Assembly (NCBI GenBank): GCA_016712985.1 | Contig: JADJQA010000008.1 | Coordinates: 15,179-79,178 of the forward strand | Source: Sulfuritalea sp. | Lineage (GTDB): Bacteria > Pseudomonadota > Gammaproteobacteria > Burkholderiales > Rhodocyclaceae | Direction of reading: 5' to 3' | DNA: 64,000 nucleotides | Shown: one piece after another, positions 1-10,818 of the stretch | How the letters are laid out: every line of letters starts with the position of its first letter | How positions within the stretch are numbered: the first letter of the stretch is position 1 | Program-made: the position numbers and the translations under genes | The notes under the pieces: generated by a model | What the model was told of the DNA's origin: nothing | Databases searched by the model: none | What the model saw: only the letters and a program-made list of their open reading frames with translations

Positions 1-120
1 CTCGGTCGTGGAAGATCACCCAGCGGCTACGAGATATCGACACACTTGCCGAACGTTTGCGATCGGGATTGATCACTCCCCTGGGCGGGAAGAAGCGGAT
101 CTGACCGAAGACGCTCGGCC

Positions 121-1041
121 ATGGGTAGCATACCGCTAAGATTGCAGCAACCGCGTAAGCTTGTGGCCGATCCTCGACCTGGGATTGCGTCGGCACTCGC
201 CGCCAGCCAGCCTCCAACGCTTGTCACCTTCGACGTGTTCGATACCCTTATCTGGCGCAGGACACTGCTCCCCCAGGATGTCTTTCTATCACTCAGCCAC
301 CACTTTCCCGGCATCGCATCCTGGATGCGACGCGAAGCTGAACGCGTCGCCACGTTTGCGTGTCGTCGCGTGCTGCGCCGCGAGCCCACACTGCGTGACA
401 TCTATTGCCTGCTACCGATGAGTCAGGCGGGCGAAATCGCCGCCGAGCAGCGCGTTTGCGTGGCAAACCCGCATTGCCACAGCGCCATCCAGTCGTTGTC
501 GAGACTCGGCGTGCGTATCGCCGCGATATCCGACATGTACCTCGACGCCCAGGAAATCCGCACGCTGCTCGATGCTTGCGGCTATCCGGAAATGCCGATC
601 TACTCCTCGGCCACCGAAAGCTGCACCAAGGGCGACAACGGCGCGCTGTTTTCCGCAATCTGGAAACGGCTTGGGGTTCGGCCTTCCGAGGTCTTCCATG
701 TTGGCGACAACGCACATTCCGATATCGCCATGGCGAATCGGCTGGGGGCGGGGACTTGTCATGTGTCGACACCGCGGGCCACCCTGTTCGATGCCTGTCC
801 GTCGGTTCCCCGCGCCAGGTCGGCTGCCGAAACCCTGTTCTGGGGCGAACTGGCAATCCGACTGCACCTGCACATTGCTGACCACGGGGAAGCAGCGGCA
901 AGCTACGGCAATGCCATTCGGATGCTGGTGCAGCAAAGGGGAACCATTTCGCAGCTTTCAGTAGATGAGGCCTGGCGCGAAATACAGTATTGCGCGGAAG
1001 CCGTTGGCGATGCCGAAGCGGGGACACGGCGTGCCACCTGA
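121..1041 (+). CDS. HAD-superfamily hydrolase
   Basis: 306-aa ORF. HAD motif I near the N-terminus (TFDVFDTLIWRR) and a motif IV-like block (VGDNAHSDIAMANRLG). The next start lies 4 nt after the stop. Confidence 0.7.
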   Translation: MGSIPLRLQQPRKLVADPRPGIASALAASQPPTLVTFDVFDTLIWRRTLLPQDVFLSLSHHFPGIASWMRREAERVATFACRRVLRREPTLRDIYCLLPMSQAGEIAAEQRVCVANPHCHSAIQSLSRLGVRIAAISDMYLDAQEIRTLLDACGYPEMPIYSSATESCTKGDNGALFSAIWKRLGVRPSEVFHVGDNAHSDIAMANRLGAGTCHVSTPRATLFDACPSVPRARSAAETLFWGELAIRLHLHIADHGEAAASYGNAIRMLVQQRGTISQLSVDEAWREIQYCAEAVGDAEAGTRRAT

Positions 1042-1045
1042 GTCA

Positions 1046-2269
1046 ATGCCTGGCGCAGGCGAAGCCGAACGCCTGGCCGGCCTTGCCGCCGGCCTGCTGG
1101 CACTGGTCTGCCTTACGGCGCGCAGCCAGGCGCAAAGCCGTGGTATCGACCAGGTTCATTTTCTTACTCGGGAGGGGATCGTCTTTCAGCGATTCTTCGA
1201 CCGTTTCGCGCGCGGCGCGCGGTGGCCCGAGCAGTCCGTGCTGTTCCATGCCAGCCGTCTTGCGACCTTCGCCGCGTCGCTGTTCCCGGAAGGATGGCGC
1301 GGACTTGGGCGCTTCTTTTCGGTCTACCACGATGCCAACTGGGTCGAGCTGTCCACGTCGCTGAACGCGCCGACGGCCATCAGGGAGGGGCAGCCGGCGC
1401 CAAGCATTGCGGACAACGTGCGCGGCCAGGCATTGGCCGAGTTCATCGCGGCCGACGAGCAAACCAAGACCTGGATCGCCGAAATCGCGCAGCACAGGCA
1501 CAGGGAATTGGCCGGGTACCTGGCGCGTCATCATCCGTCGATCACGCGCGCCGGAACCGCCGTTCTGGTCGATATCGGCTGGCGTGGCAGCATTCAGGAC
1601 AATCTCGCGCTTGCTCTGCCCGGGATTGAATGGCACGGTGTCTATTGCGGGTTGCTGCCCTACTTCAACACGCAGCCGAAGAATTGCCACAAGTCGGGCA
1701 TTCTTTTCGATCCGGCGCAGACCGGGTATCTCGCCGCCAACGTGATGCCGCTCGAGTTCCTGTTCGACGCGGGCGTTGGCGGCGTGGTCGGCTACCGCGG
1801 CGGGGAGCCTGTCCATGCCCCGCAGGACGACCATGTTCGCGGCAGCGATTTCGTCGCTCGCTTCCAGCGGACGCTCGAAGACCGGGCCACGGATTGCGGC
1901 CAACTCCTTGCCGACGCAAGTACCGACGGAACGGCTGCATCATTGCAGGCCGCGTGGCGCGACGACGCACTGGCATTCTGGGCGGCTACCCAGCACATGT
2001 CCGCCGAGATGTTCGAGCCTTTCAGCGTGTTCCGGCATGACGAAACCTTTGGCATTGCCAGCACCGTGCAGATATCCGATGTCACGTCCTGGCGGTCGAT
2101 GTTGCGCGGTCTGTTCGACTACCGTACGCGCCACCTTTTCTCTCAACACAGCCAAAGCATTCCCATTCACCTGTGGCGCTCATCGCAACTCGGCTGGAGG
2201 ACCCGCGCCTGGATGTTCCTGCTGGCGACCGCGAGCAAGACCCGGAGTTTGATCAAAGGCAGACAATGA
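1046..2269 (+). CDS. conserved hypothetical protein, paralog of 3536..4864
   Basis: Part of ORF 965..2269. ATG 1046 lies 4 nt after the upstream stop. Shares the blocks HFLTREG / VFLARDG and VDIGWRGSIQ / VDIGWRATIQ with 3536..4864. Confidence 0.55.
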   Translation: MPGAGEAERLAGLAAGLLALVCLTARSQAQSRGIDQVHFLTREGIVFQRFFDRFARGARWPEQSVLFHASRLATFAASLFPEGWRGLGRFFSVYHDANWVELSTSLNAPTAIREGQPAPSIADNVRGQALAEFIAADEQTKTWIAEIAQHRHRELAGYLARHHPSITRAGTAVLVDIGWRGSIQDNLALALPGIEWHGVYCGLLPYFNTQPKNCHKSGILFDPAQTGYLAANVMPLEFLFDAGVGGVVGYRGGEPVHAPQDDHVRGSDFVARFQRTLEDRATDCGQLLADASTDGTAASLQAAWRDDALAFWAATQHMSAEMFEPFSVFRHDETFGIASTVQISDVTSWRSMLRGLFDYRTRHLFSQHSQSIPIHLWRSSQLGWRTRAWMFLLATASKTRSLIKGRQ

Positions 2270-3516
2270 AAATTGCAATCATCAGCAAGGCAGACCAGTT
2301 CGGCGGCGGGGCCAGCCGCGTCGCCTCGGATCTGGCGGCCGTGCTCAACGCCGCCGGTCACCCGACCGACCACTGGCTGAGCTGGGCCGGCTCGCCCTGG
2401 ACCCCAAGGATGCGGTCGCTCTACGGACCCTTCCAGCTCCCGGTCCGAGCCGCAAATCTCGCCATGCGGCGCATCGGCTTTCCCGAACTGATACCCTTTG
2501 AACTGGTTGCCCTGCTGCACCGCGGCCGCGCGTGGGAGTACGACCTTTTGCACTTCCACGATATCTCGTCGGCAATCTCGCCACAAACCCTGCTCTGGCT
2601 CTCTCGCCGCAGGCCCGTGGTCTGGACGATACACGACTGCTCACCTTTCACCGGCGGCTGCCTGTATCCCGGCAGTTGCACCCGCTTCACGAGTCGCTGT
2701 GGCGGCTGTCCCCAACTCGGCGGCTGGCCGATCGACAGCTGGCTCGATTTCACCGGCTTCCAGCAGAACAACAAACGGCGCCTGGCGGCGAGCGGTCGCA
2801 TCCATTATTCATGGCCCTCCGCATGGATGGCCAGCACCGGCTACTCGAGCGGAATGTTCAGCACGCCGCCAGAGGTCATCCCCTATGGCATCGACCTCGA
2901 AATCTTTCATCCGCATGACAAGAAGGCCGCCCGAAGCCGACTCGGGCTCCCGTCCGAGCGGACCATCGTCCTGCTCTCGGCAGGTTCACTGATGGATTTG
3001 CGCAAGGGGGTGCGCTTCGCGCTCGACGCCATTCAGGCAAACCGCGCGTTGAACCCCTTCGTCCTGCTGGTGGGCAGTCCGAATCCCGAGATCCGGGAGC
3101 AACTGTCGGGGCTTGACGTTCATGAAGCAGGGTACGTCGGTGACCCGCGCACGCTGGCTTCCCACTATGCGGCGGCCGACGTGTTCTTGTTTACCTCGCT
3201 GGCGGACAACCTGCCGCTCACTGTGCTGGAAACCATGGCCAGCGGAACGCCCATGGTCGGCTACCAGACTGGCGGCATACCCGAGATGGTCATCCAGGAC
3301 GAGACTGGCTTTCTCGTGCCGCAGGGCGATGACAAGGGCCTCGCCGACGCGCTGGCGCGCGCGATCCTGAATCCGGATCTGCGCCAGCGCTGGGCGGCCA
3401 ATGGCATCGAACGGGCGCGGCGCCAATACTCGTATGAGCTTTTCCGCGGCAAGCACCTTGCGCTTTACGAGCGGCTGATCGCGGCCCGGCGGTCGCCTGT
3501 CGCGCCGGCAGGCTGA
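2266..3516 (+). CDS. glycosyltransferase family 4 (GT-B fold)
   Basis: ATG 2266 (MKIAIISKADQFGGGASRV) overlaps the upstream stop as ATGA. The C-terminal nucleotide-sugar binding region LETMASGTPMVGYQTGGIPEMVIQDETGFLV is typical of GT4. Confidence 0.85.
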   Translation: MKIAIISKADQFGGGASRVASDLAAVLNAAGHPTDHWLSWAGSPWTPRMRSLYGPFQLPVRAANLAMRRIGFPELIPFELVALLHRGRAWEYDLLHFHDISSAISPQTLLWLSRRRPVVWTIHDCSPFTGGCLYPGSCTRFTSRCGGCPQLGGWPIDSWLDFTGFQQNNKRRLAASGRIHYSWPSAWMASTGYSSGMFSTPPEVIPYGIDLEIFHPHDKKAARSRLGLPSERTIVLLSAGSLMDLRKGVRFALDAIQANRALNPFVLLVGSPNPEIREQLSGLDVHEAGYVGDPRTLASHYAAADVFLFTSLADNLPLTVLETMASGTPMVGYQTGGIPEMVIQDETGFLVPQGDDKGLADALARAILNPDLRQRWAANGIERARRQYSYELFRGKHLALYERLIAARRSPVAPAG

Positions 3517-3535
3517 CCGTTCGCGCGGGCGGACC

Positions 3536-4864
3536 ATGAGCGCAGCGCAAAGCTCAAGGGACATGGCCTATCGGCTGGGCCATGATGTACTGGGTCCGGT
3601 GTTCGCGTCTTTTGCGCGCATTCTGGTTCACGAGGCCTCACGCCGCGGTATCGCCCGGCTGGTATTCCTCGCACGCGACGGCCATCTGCTTCTACAGGCG
3701 ACGGCCGGTTTGCTTGATGCGGCGAACGAGTGCGCCCGGCCTGAACTGGCCTACGTCCGGGTCTCGCGGCGCGTCGCCGCCCTAGCGGCCTTGCAGGAAC
3801 TCGACGCCAAAGCCCTGGAGGCAGGCGCCTCCGTTCGTTCCGGCGAACCCACGCTACGCAAGAGCCTCGAATATCTCGGCATGGACTGCGCGCCCCTGGC
3901 CCCCTGGCTGGACAGGCATGGCCTGGCGGCCGACCTCGCACCGTCACCCGCGGCGCTCCAGCGCCTGCTTGCCGATCACGGATTCCGGCAGGTGGTCGCA
4001 AACCAGGCGACGGAGCAAAGGATGCTGCTGCACCGCTACCTGGCTCAGGAGGGCGCGTTGTCCGCCACACCGGCGGCGTGGGTGGATATCGGCTGGCGCG
4101 CAACCATACAGCGGCACTTCGATTCGGCCTTCGTCGATTCCAGAAGCATCCGCTCCATGCCATGGTTCTACTTCGCGCTCTGGGACGAGCACGGGCCGCC
4201 GCCGCAACCTCGCGATGCCATTGGGCTGATCGGTGACCAGCGCCGTGGGAATGGCCTTCTGGAAGGCTCACCGCGACATCTTGCCCACCTGCTTGAGGCC
4301 ATCTGTCGAGCCGACGAGGGCACCGCAATCGGCTACGAGCTCAGTGGCGAAACCGTGGTGCCACGCCTGCTCGACGGCAAGGGGCGGCAGGCCGAAGTCG
4401 CCGGGAACGAACTGGCAGAATGCATCCGTGCCGGTATCCTCGATCGGGTTCGGCAGCTTGGGGCCGACCCGAAGTGGCATCGCCAGACCGACGATCGTCT
4501 GCGCGCGGTCGCCCAATCCACACTTTTGCGCCTGGCGTTCTTTCCCAACTCCGAAGAAATTGCCATCGGTCGACAGCTTTCGCATACCGAAGGTCATGCT
4601 TCGGACTGGCACGCGTCGCTGATACTCGCCGGGCAGCATCCGCTGCGCTCACCCCGATCGTGGCTGGCAGGAATGGCTTCCCCCTGGAGGGGTGGATATG
4701 TCGCCGCCAGCGGCGGTCCTGCCCTTGCCGCTGCCTACTTCGCGTTCGAGGCAGTGATGTCGGTCCTGCCCGGATTCGTCAGCGGCTGGCTGGCGGATCT
4801 GGCTCGGCGCATGGCGGGAATTCCGCCGCTCGGTGATCGCGAAACGGGAAAGCCGCCAACCTGA
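3536..4864 (+). CDS. conserved hypothetical protein, paralog of 1046..2269
   Basis: 442-aa ORF. Collinear similarity to 1046..2269 (RLVFLARDGHLL, WVDIGWRATIQRHF). No recognisable catalytic motif. Confidence 0.55.
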   Translation: MSAAQSSRDMAYRLGHDVLGPVFASFARILVHEASRRGIARLVFLARDGHLLLQATAGLLDAANECARPELAYVRVSRRVAALAALQELDAKALEAGASVRSGEPTLRKSLEYLGMDCAPLAPWLDRHGLAADLAPSPAALQRLLADHGFRQVVANQATEQRMLLHRYLAQEGALSATPAAWVDIGWRATIQRHFDSAFVDSRSIRSMPWFYFALWDEHGPPPQPRDAIGLIGDQRRGNGLLEGSPRHLAHLLEAICRADEGTAIGYELSGETVVPRLLDGKGRQAEVAGNELAECIRAGILDRVRQLGADPKWHRQTDDRLRAVAQSTLLRLAFFPNSEEIAIGRQLSHTEGHASDWHASLILAGQHPLRSPRSWLAGMASPWRGGYVAASGGPALAAAYFAFEAVMSVLPGFVSGWLADLARRMAGIPPLGDRETGKPPT

Positions 4865-4902
4865 TCGAATAGCCGATTTTGGCGACATAATGAGCGGCAG
4901 GC

Positions 4903-6267
4903 GTGGCCCTTCCCGTTTACCTATCCTCGCCGTTCATCGGGCGGCCATGGCGTGAGACTATGTCGCCGTGTCGCCGCCAGATCGGCGACTCAATACGACA
5001 GATCGACCGCCCGCCAGAGGAAATCGTGACAGACCCGACGCAGCGCAACGGCAGCTATCCCTGCCCCGCGCCCTTTTCGCAACTCTACATGGTGCCACGC
5101 GCACTGCTCGACCTGCGCTTCTGCAGCTATCACGAGCCGGTCTTCGTCCGCGACCAGGAGGCCTTCTTCAAGGAGGGTCCAGAGGCCTTGCAGCGCTTCT
5201 TCGAAGGCAATCAGGAGTTGCGCCGGCGACGGGACGCCTACCTGAAAGGCGACTACGAAAAGGCCGGATGTCCAAGCGGATGCTTCTGGTTCCAGAAATG
5301 GAAGACCACCGGCAAGGGATTTTCGCGCGAGGAGTTCGAGGACGCGGACCGGCGCCTGCATGTGAAACGGCTCTGGCTTTCCGTCGGGCCGGACTGCAAC
5401 GTTACCTGCCGCTACTGCCTCGAACCAAAGGAATTCCACATCGACTTCAAGACCTGCAGCCCCTCGGTCATGGGTCTGGCCGAAGAGTTCGTAGCCCGCG
5501 GCAACAGCATTCTGCTGACCGGCGGCGAGCCATTCATGTCGAAGTTCAAGCTGTTGCCGACGCTCGAACGACTCGCCGCGCGGTCCCAGGATGGCATGGG
5601 CTATTTCGATATCCACACCAACGGCACCTACCTCGACCAGAATTGCCGCGCGCTCATCCTGCGCGCTCCGGTCAATGTGATCAACGTCTCGATGGATACA
5701 CTCCGTCCCGAGCTGTTCGAGTACCTTCGGCGCGGCTGCAAGTTCGACAAGGTATGGAAGAACGTCAATGCGCTGGTGCGCGAACGCAACGACCTGGGCC
5801 TGAAAAAGCCGGTGGTGATAATTCTCTGTGCCGTGATGCGCGATACCTGGGAACACATCGAGGAAACCGTGCAGACGGTCGTCGACCATGGCATGGGCAT
5901 CAGTCTCAACGCGCTGTTCAAGGGCTACTATTCCCCCGACTTTTGCCGTGAGCAAGCCCTGACCAACCTGAGCCAGGAACAACTGCTGACGCTGGAGCGG
6001 ACAGTGGCTTCGTTCGAGACCCGCTACGGCAAGAGCGGTCCCGTGCATTACCAGGGTTTCCTCGGCCAGGTGCGCGACCTGATCGAGGCCAAACGTGCGG
6101 GAAATACCGGGAAGCAGGTGGCGCTGGGCGATGGCGGGCAAGCCCGGCGCAAGCAAGGCGTCATCGGCCTGGTCCTCAAGGGCAAGCCGCGTCTCGCCGT
6201 TCGCGAGGCGATCAACCTTGGCGCGAAGGCAAAGACGCGGCTGATGGCAACGATACGCGGACTCTAG
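4903..6267 (+). CDS. radical SAM enzyme
   Basis: CNVTCRYC (CxxxCxxC) cluster motif followed by LLTGGEPF. Start uncertain: GTG 4903 or ATG 4960. Confidence 0.8.
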   Translation: MALPVYLSSPFIGRPWRETMSPCRRQIGDSIRQIDRPPEEIVTDPTQRNGSYPCPAPFSQLYMVPRALLDLRFCSYHEPVFVRDQEAFFKEGPEALQRFFEGNQELRRRRDAYLKGDYEKAGCPSGCFWFQKWKTTGKGFSREEFEDADRRLHVKRLWLSVGPDCNVTCRYCLEPKEFHIDFKTCSPSVMGLAEEFVARGNSILLTGGEPFMSKFKLLPTLERLAARSQDGMGYFDIHTNGTYLDQNCRALILRAPVNVINVSMDTLRPELFEYLRRGCKFDKVWKNVNALVRERNDLGLKKPVVIILCAVMRDTWEHIEETVQTVVDHGMGISLNALFKGYYSPDFCREQALTNLSQEQLLTLERTVASFETRYGKSGPVHYQGFLGQVRDLIEAKRAGNTGKQVALGDGGQARRKQGVIGLVLKGKPRLAVREAINLGAKAKTRLMATIRGL

Positions 6268-6430
6268 GGACGACGATGATGGCCATCGATGAAGTTCGAC
6301 GATCGCGGCGCTTGACCATGGAATTGCAACGGAACGCTCGGCAGGAACACGGCGGAGTATCTCGCGGCGCGGAATCGACACCGGAACGGGACGCCCGCCC
6401 GAATGCCACTCAACATCGGACAGCGAGGCA

Positions 6431-7438
<1,008 letters not shown>

Positions 7439-7515
7439 GCGATGTTCGACTACGACAGGCGCGGGGCCCTCAGGCCCGGTCATGAAAAAACGTTAATCCA
7501 GTTCGAAAGACACCT

Positions 7516-8452
7516 ATGAATCGAGTCCTCGTTACCGGCGGCGCCGGCTTCCTCGGGTCCCACCTCTGCGATCGGCTGATCGAACGCGGCGACGACGTCC
7601 TCTGCGTCGACAACTTTTTTACCGGATCGAAGCGGAATGTTGCCCACCTGCTCGATCATCCTTTTCGAGCTGATGCGGCACGACGTCACCTTTCCCCTCT
7701 ACGTGGAAGTCGATCGCATTTTCAACCTGGCCTGCCCGGCCAGCCCCATCCACTACCAGCACGATCCGGTGCAGACCACCAAGACCAGCGTGCATGGCGC
7801 GATCAACATGCTTGGGCTGGCCAAACGGGTCAAGGCGCGCATCCTCCAGGCATCGACCAGCGAGGTCTATGGCGATCCCGAGATTCATCCGCAACCGGAA
7901 AGCTACTGGGGCAAGGTCAACCCGGTCGGCATCCGCAGTTGCTACGACGAAGGCAAGCGCTGCGCGGAAACACTGTTCTTCGATTACCACCGGCAGCACC
8001 GGATGCAAATAAAGGTGGTCCGCATCTTCAACACCTACGGTCCGAGAATGCATCCGGATGACGGGCGCGTGGTGAGCAATTTCATCTGCCAGGCGCTCCA
8101 AGGAAAGGACCTGACGATCTACGGTGACGGAGCGCAGACCCGCAGCTTCTGCTACGTGGATGACCTGGTCGAAGGCATGTTGCGGATGATGGATTCTCCG
8201 CCCGAACTGACCGGGCCGGTCAATATGGGCAACCCCACCGAATTCTCCATGCTGGAACTGGCCGAAAAGATCATCACGATCGCCGGTGGGCGTTCGCAGC
8301 TCTGCTTCAAGCCGCTGCCCGAGGACGATCCGCGACAGCGTCAGCAGGACATCACCCTGGCCGAAAAGGCGCTCGGCTGGTCGCCGAAGGTAAGCCTCGA
8401 AGAAGGACTCAGGGAAACCGTCGCCTATTTTCGCCGGATACTGGCGAAGTGA
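7516..8452 (+). pseudogene. UDP-glucuronate decarboxylase (UXS-type SDR), one frameshift
   Basis: The N-terminus [49 protein letters not shown] is in the 7516 frame. It continues as [32 protein letters not shown] in the 7637 frame. The join lies at the T4 run near 7665-7670. This is either a real pseudogene or a homopolymer assembly error. Confidence 0.85.
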
Positions 8453-8504
8453 TTGCTGCGGCAGGAAGGCTTGCGCTCGCCGCAGCGCCAGCGCCGACTT
8501 TCGG

Positions 8505-10322
8505 ATGACCACCGTCGCCAGCCATCTGGCCCGGTGCCTCGCGTCGCGCGGCGCCCGCCACGTGTTTCTGGTCACCGGCGGCGGCGCCATGTTTCTCAAC
8601 GACGCGCTCTGCCACGAACCAGGATTGAGCGCGGTCTGCTTCCACCACGAACAGGCCGCGGCGATGGCCGCCGAGGCCTATGCCCGCATCGCTGAGCTGC
8701 CACCGGTCCTGAACGTCACCACCGGCCCCGGCGGCATCAATGCGCTGAACGGCGTTTTCGGCGCCTGGACCGACTCGATACCGATGATCGTGGTTTCCGG
8801 TCAGGTCAAGCGCGCTACCTGCCTCGCCACCACGCCGGTGCCGGGGTTGCGCCAACTCGGCGACCAGGAGTGCGAAATCATCGCCATGGTCCGCGGCATC
8901 ACCAAGTACGCCGCCGTCGTGGCGCGGGCCGAAGACATTGCCTGGCACCTCGACCAGGCTTTGCACCACGCGCTCACCGGGCGACCGGGGCCGGTCTGGC
9001 TGGATATTCCGATCGACGTGCAAAGCGCCACGGTCGATCCCGCCACGCTGCGTCGCTGGACCCCGCCGGCCGCCGCTCGACTGCTGCCAGGCTCCGATGT
9101 CGCCGCCGTCGTGGCGCGCCTGCGCGCCGCCGCACGGCCGGTGATACTTGCGGGCAGCGGCGTGCGCGCCGCCCGTGCGGTCACCGAATTCGAGCGCCTC
9201 ATCCGCCGCCTCGGCATACCGGTCACCACGGCCTGGACGCATGATCTTGTCGCCACCGACGACCCGCTGTATTGCGGCCGTCCCGGCAGCATAGGTACGC
9301 GTGCCGGCAACTTCACGGTACAGAACGCCGACCTGCTGCTGGTGCTCGGCAGCCGGCTCAATATCCGCCAGGTCAGCTACAACTGGCAGGCATTCGCCCC
9401 GCATGCCTTCACGATACAGGTCGACATCGACCCGGCCGAGTTGAACAAACCGACGGTCAAGCCCGACATGGCGGTGAGCGCCGACCTGAAGGACTTCCTC
9501 GCTGCGCTTGAGCAGGAACTGGGCGTCTGGGAGCCGCCGGCCGCCCATCCCGACTGGCTGGCCTGGTGCCGCCGGCGCGTGGCGGACTATCCGGCCGTGC
9601 TGCCGCGGCAACGGGTTTTCCGGGGCAAGATCAATCCCTACCATTTCGTCGAAGAACTGTTCGCGCGACTTGACACCGATGACATCGTCGCCTGCGGCAA
9701 TGCCACCGCCACCATCGTCCCGTTTCAAGTCGCCCACATCCGGACCGGTATGCGCCTGTTCTCGAACTCCGGCAGCGCCTCGATGGGCTACGACCTGCCG
9801 GCCGCGATCGGCGCGTACTTTGGCGCCGTGGCCGCGCGGGCAACGCAGCGGCGCATCGTCTGCCTGGCCGGCGACGGCAGCATCATGATGAACCTGCAGG
9901 AATTGCAGACCATCGTCCAGCACCGCATACCCCTCAAGATCTTCGTCCTCAACAACGGTGGCTATCTGTCGATCCGCTCGTCTCAGGCCAACTTCTTCGG
10001 CCGCCTCGCCGGAGAAGGGCCCGACAGCGGGGTCTGCTTTCCCGACTTCGTCGCGGTGGCAAGCGCCTTCAACCTCCCCGCCCGCCGTATCGCCAGCGCC
10101 GACTTTCCGACCCAATTGGCCGAGGTACTGGGAAGCGACGGCCCGTGTTTGTGCGATGTCATCCTGGATGAATCACAGGGCTTCGAGCCGCGCATGACTT
10201 CGCGCAAGCTGGACGATGGAACAATCGTCAGTCCGCCATTGGAAGACATGTTTCCCTTTCTGGACCGCGAGGAGCTGGCACGCAACCGGTGGCCGGTCGA
10301 CGATGTCGACGGCCGCGGCTGA
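8505..10322 (+). CDS. thiamine-pyrophosphate-dependent enzyme (acetolactate synthase large-subunit family)
   Basis: 605 aa with N-terminal, middle and C-terminal TPP-enzyme modules (HVFLVTGGGAMFLNDAL, GDGSIMMNLQELQT, VLNNGGY). Confidence 0.85.
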   Translation: MTTVASHLARCLASRGARHVFLVTGGGAMFLNDALCHEPGLSAVCFHHEQAAAMAAEAYARIAELPPVLNVTTGPGGINALNGVFGAWTDSIPMIVVSGQVKRATCLATTPVPGLRQLGDQECEIIAMVRGITKYAAVVARAEDIAWHLDQALHHALTGRPGPVWLDIPIDVQSATVDPATLRRWTPPAAARLLPGSDVAAVVARLRAAARPVILAGSGVRAARAVTEFERLIRRLGIPVTTAWTHDLVATDDPLYCGRPGSIGTRAGNFTVQNADLLLVLGSRLNIRQVSYNWQAFAPHAFTIQVDIDPAELNKPTVKPDMAVSADLKDFLAALEQELGVWEPPAAHPDWLAWCRRRVADYPAVLPRQRVFRGKINPYHFVEELFARLDTDDIVACGNATATIVPFQVAHIRTGMRLFSNSGSASMGYDLPAAIGAYFGAVAARATQRRIVCLAGDGSIMMNLQELQTIVQHRIPLKIFVLNNGGYLSIRSSQANFFGRLAGEGPDSGVCFPDFVAVASAFNLPARRIASADFPTQLAEVLGSDGPCLCDVILDESQGFEPRMTSRKLDDGTIVSPPLEDMFPFLDREELARNRWPVDDVDGRG

Positions 10323-10737
10323 CGCCTTCGATCATCAGCGGCGTTCGGCAGCCGGCTGCCTGTGCTGCGGAGCGCAGGCCCTTGACGGCGAAACAGCGCT
10401 GGTATCCGCGTTTGTGGCGAAACAGGCCATGCGCAGTGCCCCGGAGCTGACGCGAATCCTGTTCTGCCGCCATTGCGGATTTCGCTTCTTCGATCGGGGC
10501 CTGTCGGAAATCGAAGCAGCGCGCTACTACGACGACTATCGCAGCGATACCTACCTGAGCACGGCATGCCGTATCCTGCTCGGCTTCCTGCCCCCATTTG
10601 GCTTCATTCCGATGCGCGAGCACCTCCAGTATTTCACCGAGCCGGCGCTGGTGGCCATGGCTCGGCGCAGCGGCTTGCGGGTTGTCCGTTCCGGCCGCAA
10701 TGCCGCCGGCCAAATCTACCTCACGGCGACCCATTGA
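10303..10737 (+). pseudogene. class I SAM-methyltransferase remnant (core deleted)
   Basis: ATG 10303 overlaps the end of the TPP gene. It keeps an N-terminal Cys4 ribbon (CLCCG...CRHCGF) and a C-terminal tail (REHLQYFTEPALVAMARRSGLRVV). The SAM-binding core is absent, leaving only 144 aa. Confidence 0.45.
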
Positions 10738-10818
10738 CGGCCGCCGCCCTCGGCCGCGACGCGGCACCGCGAGGCGTCGGCGTGATAAAGTCTCCGTCAT
10801 ACCAAGCTGCTTCAGTCC

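Noticed and set aside
4990-6381. 463-aa ORF antisense to the radical SAM gene
   Set aside because: It is Arg/Ala/Gly-rich with no motifs. This is a typical shadow ORF of a GC-rich coding strand, and the sense strand carries clear radical SAM motifs.
8409-10115. 568-aa ORF antisense to the TPP enzyme gene
   Set aside because: The composition is low-complexity Arg/Gly/Ala, and the opposite strand encodes a full-length, motif-bearing TPP enzyme.
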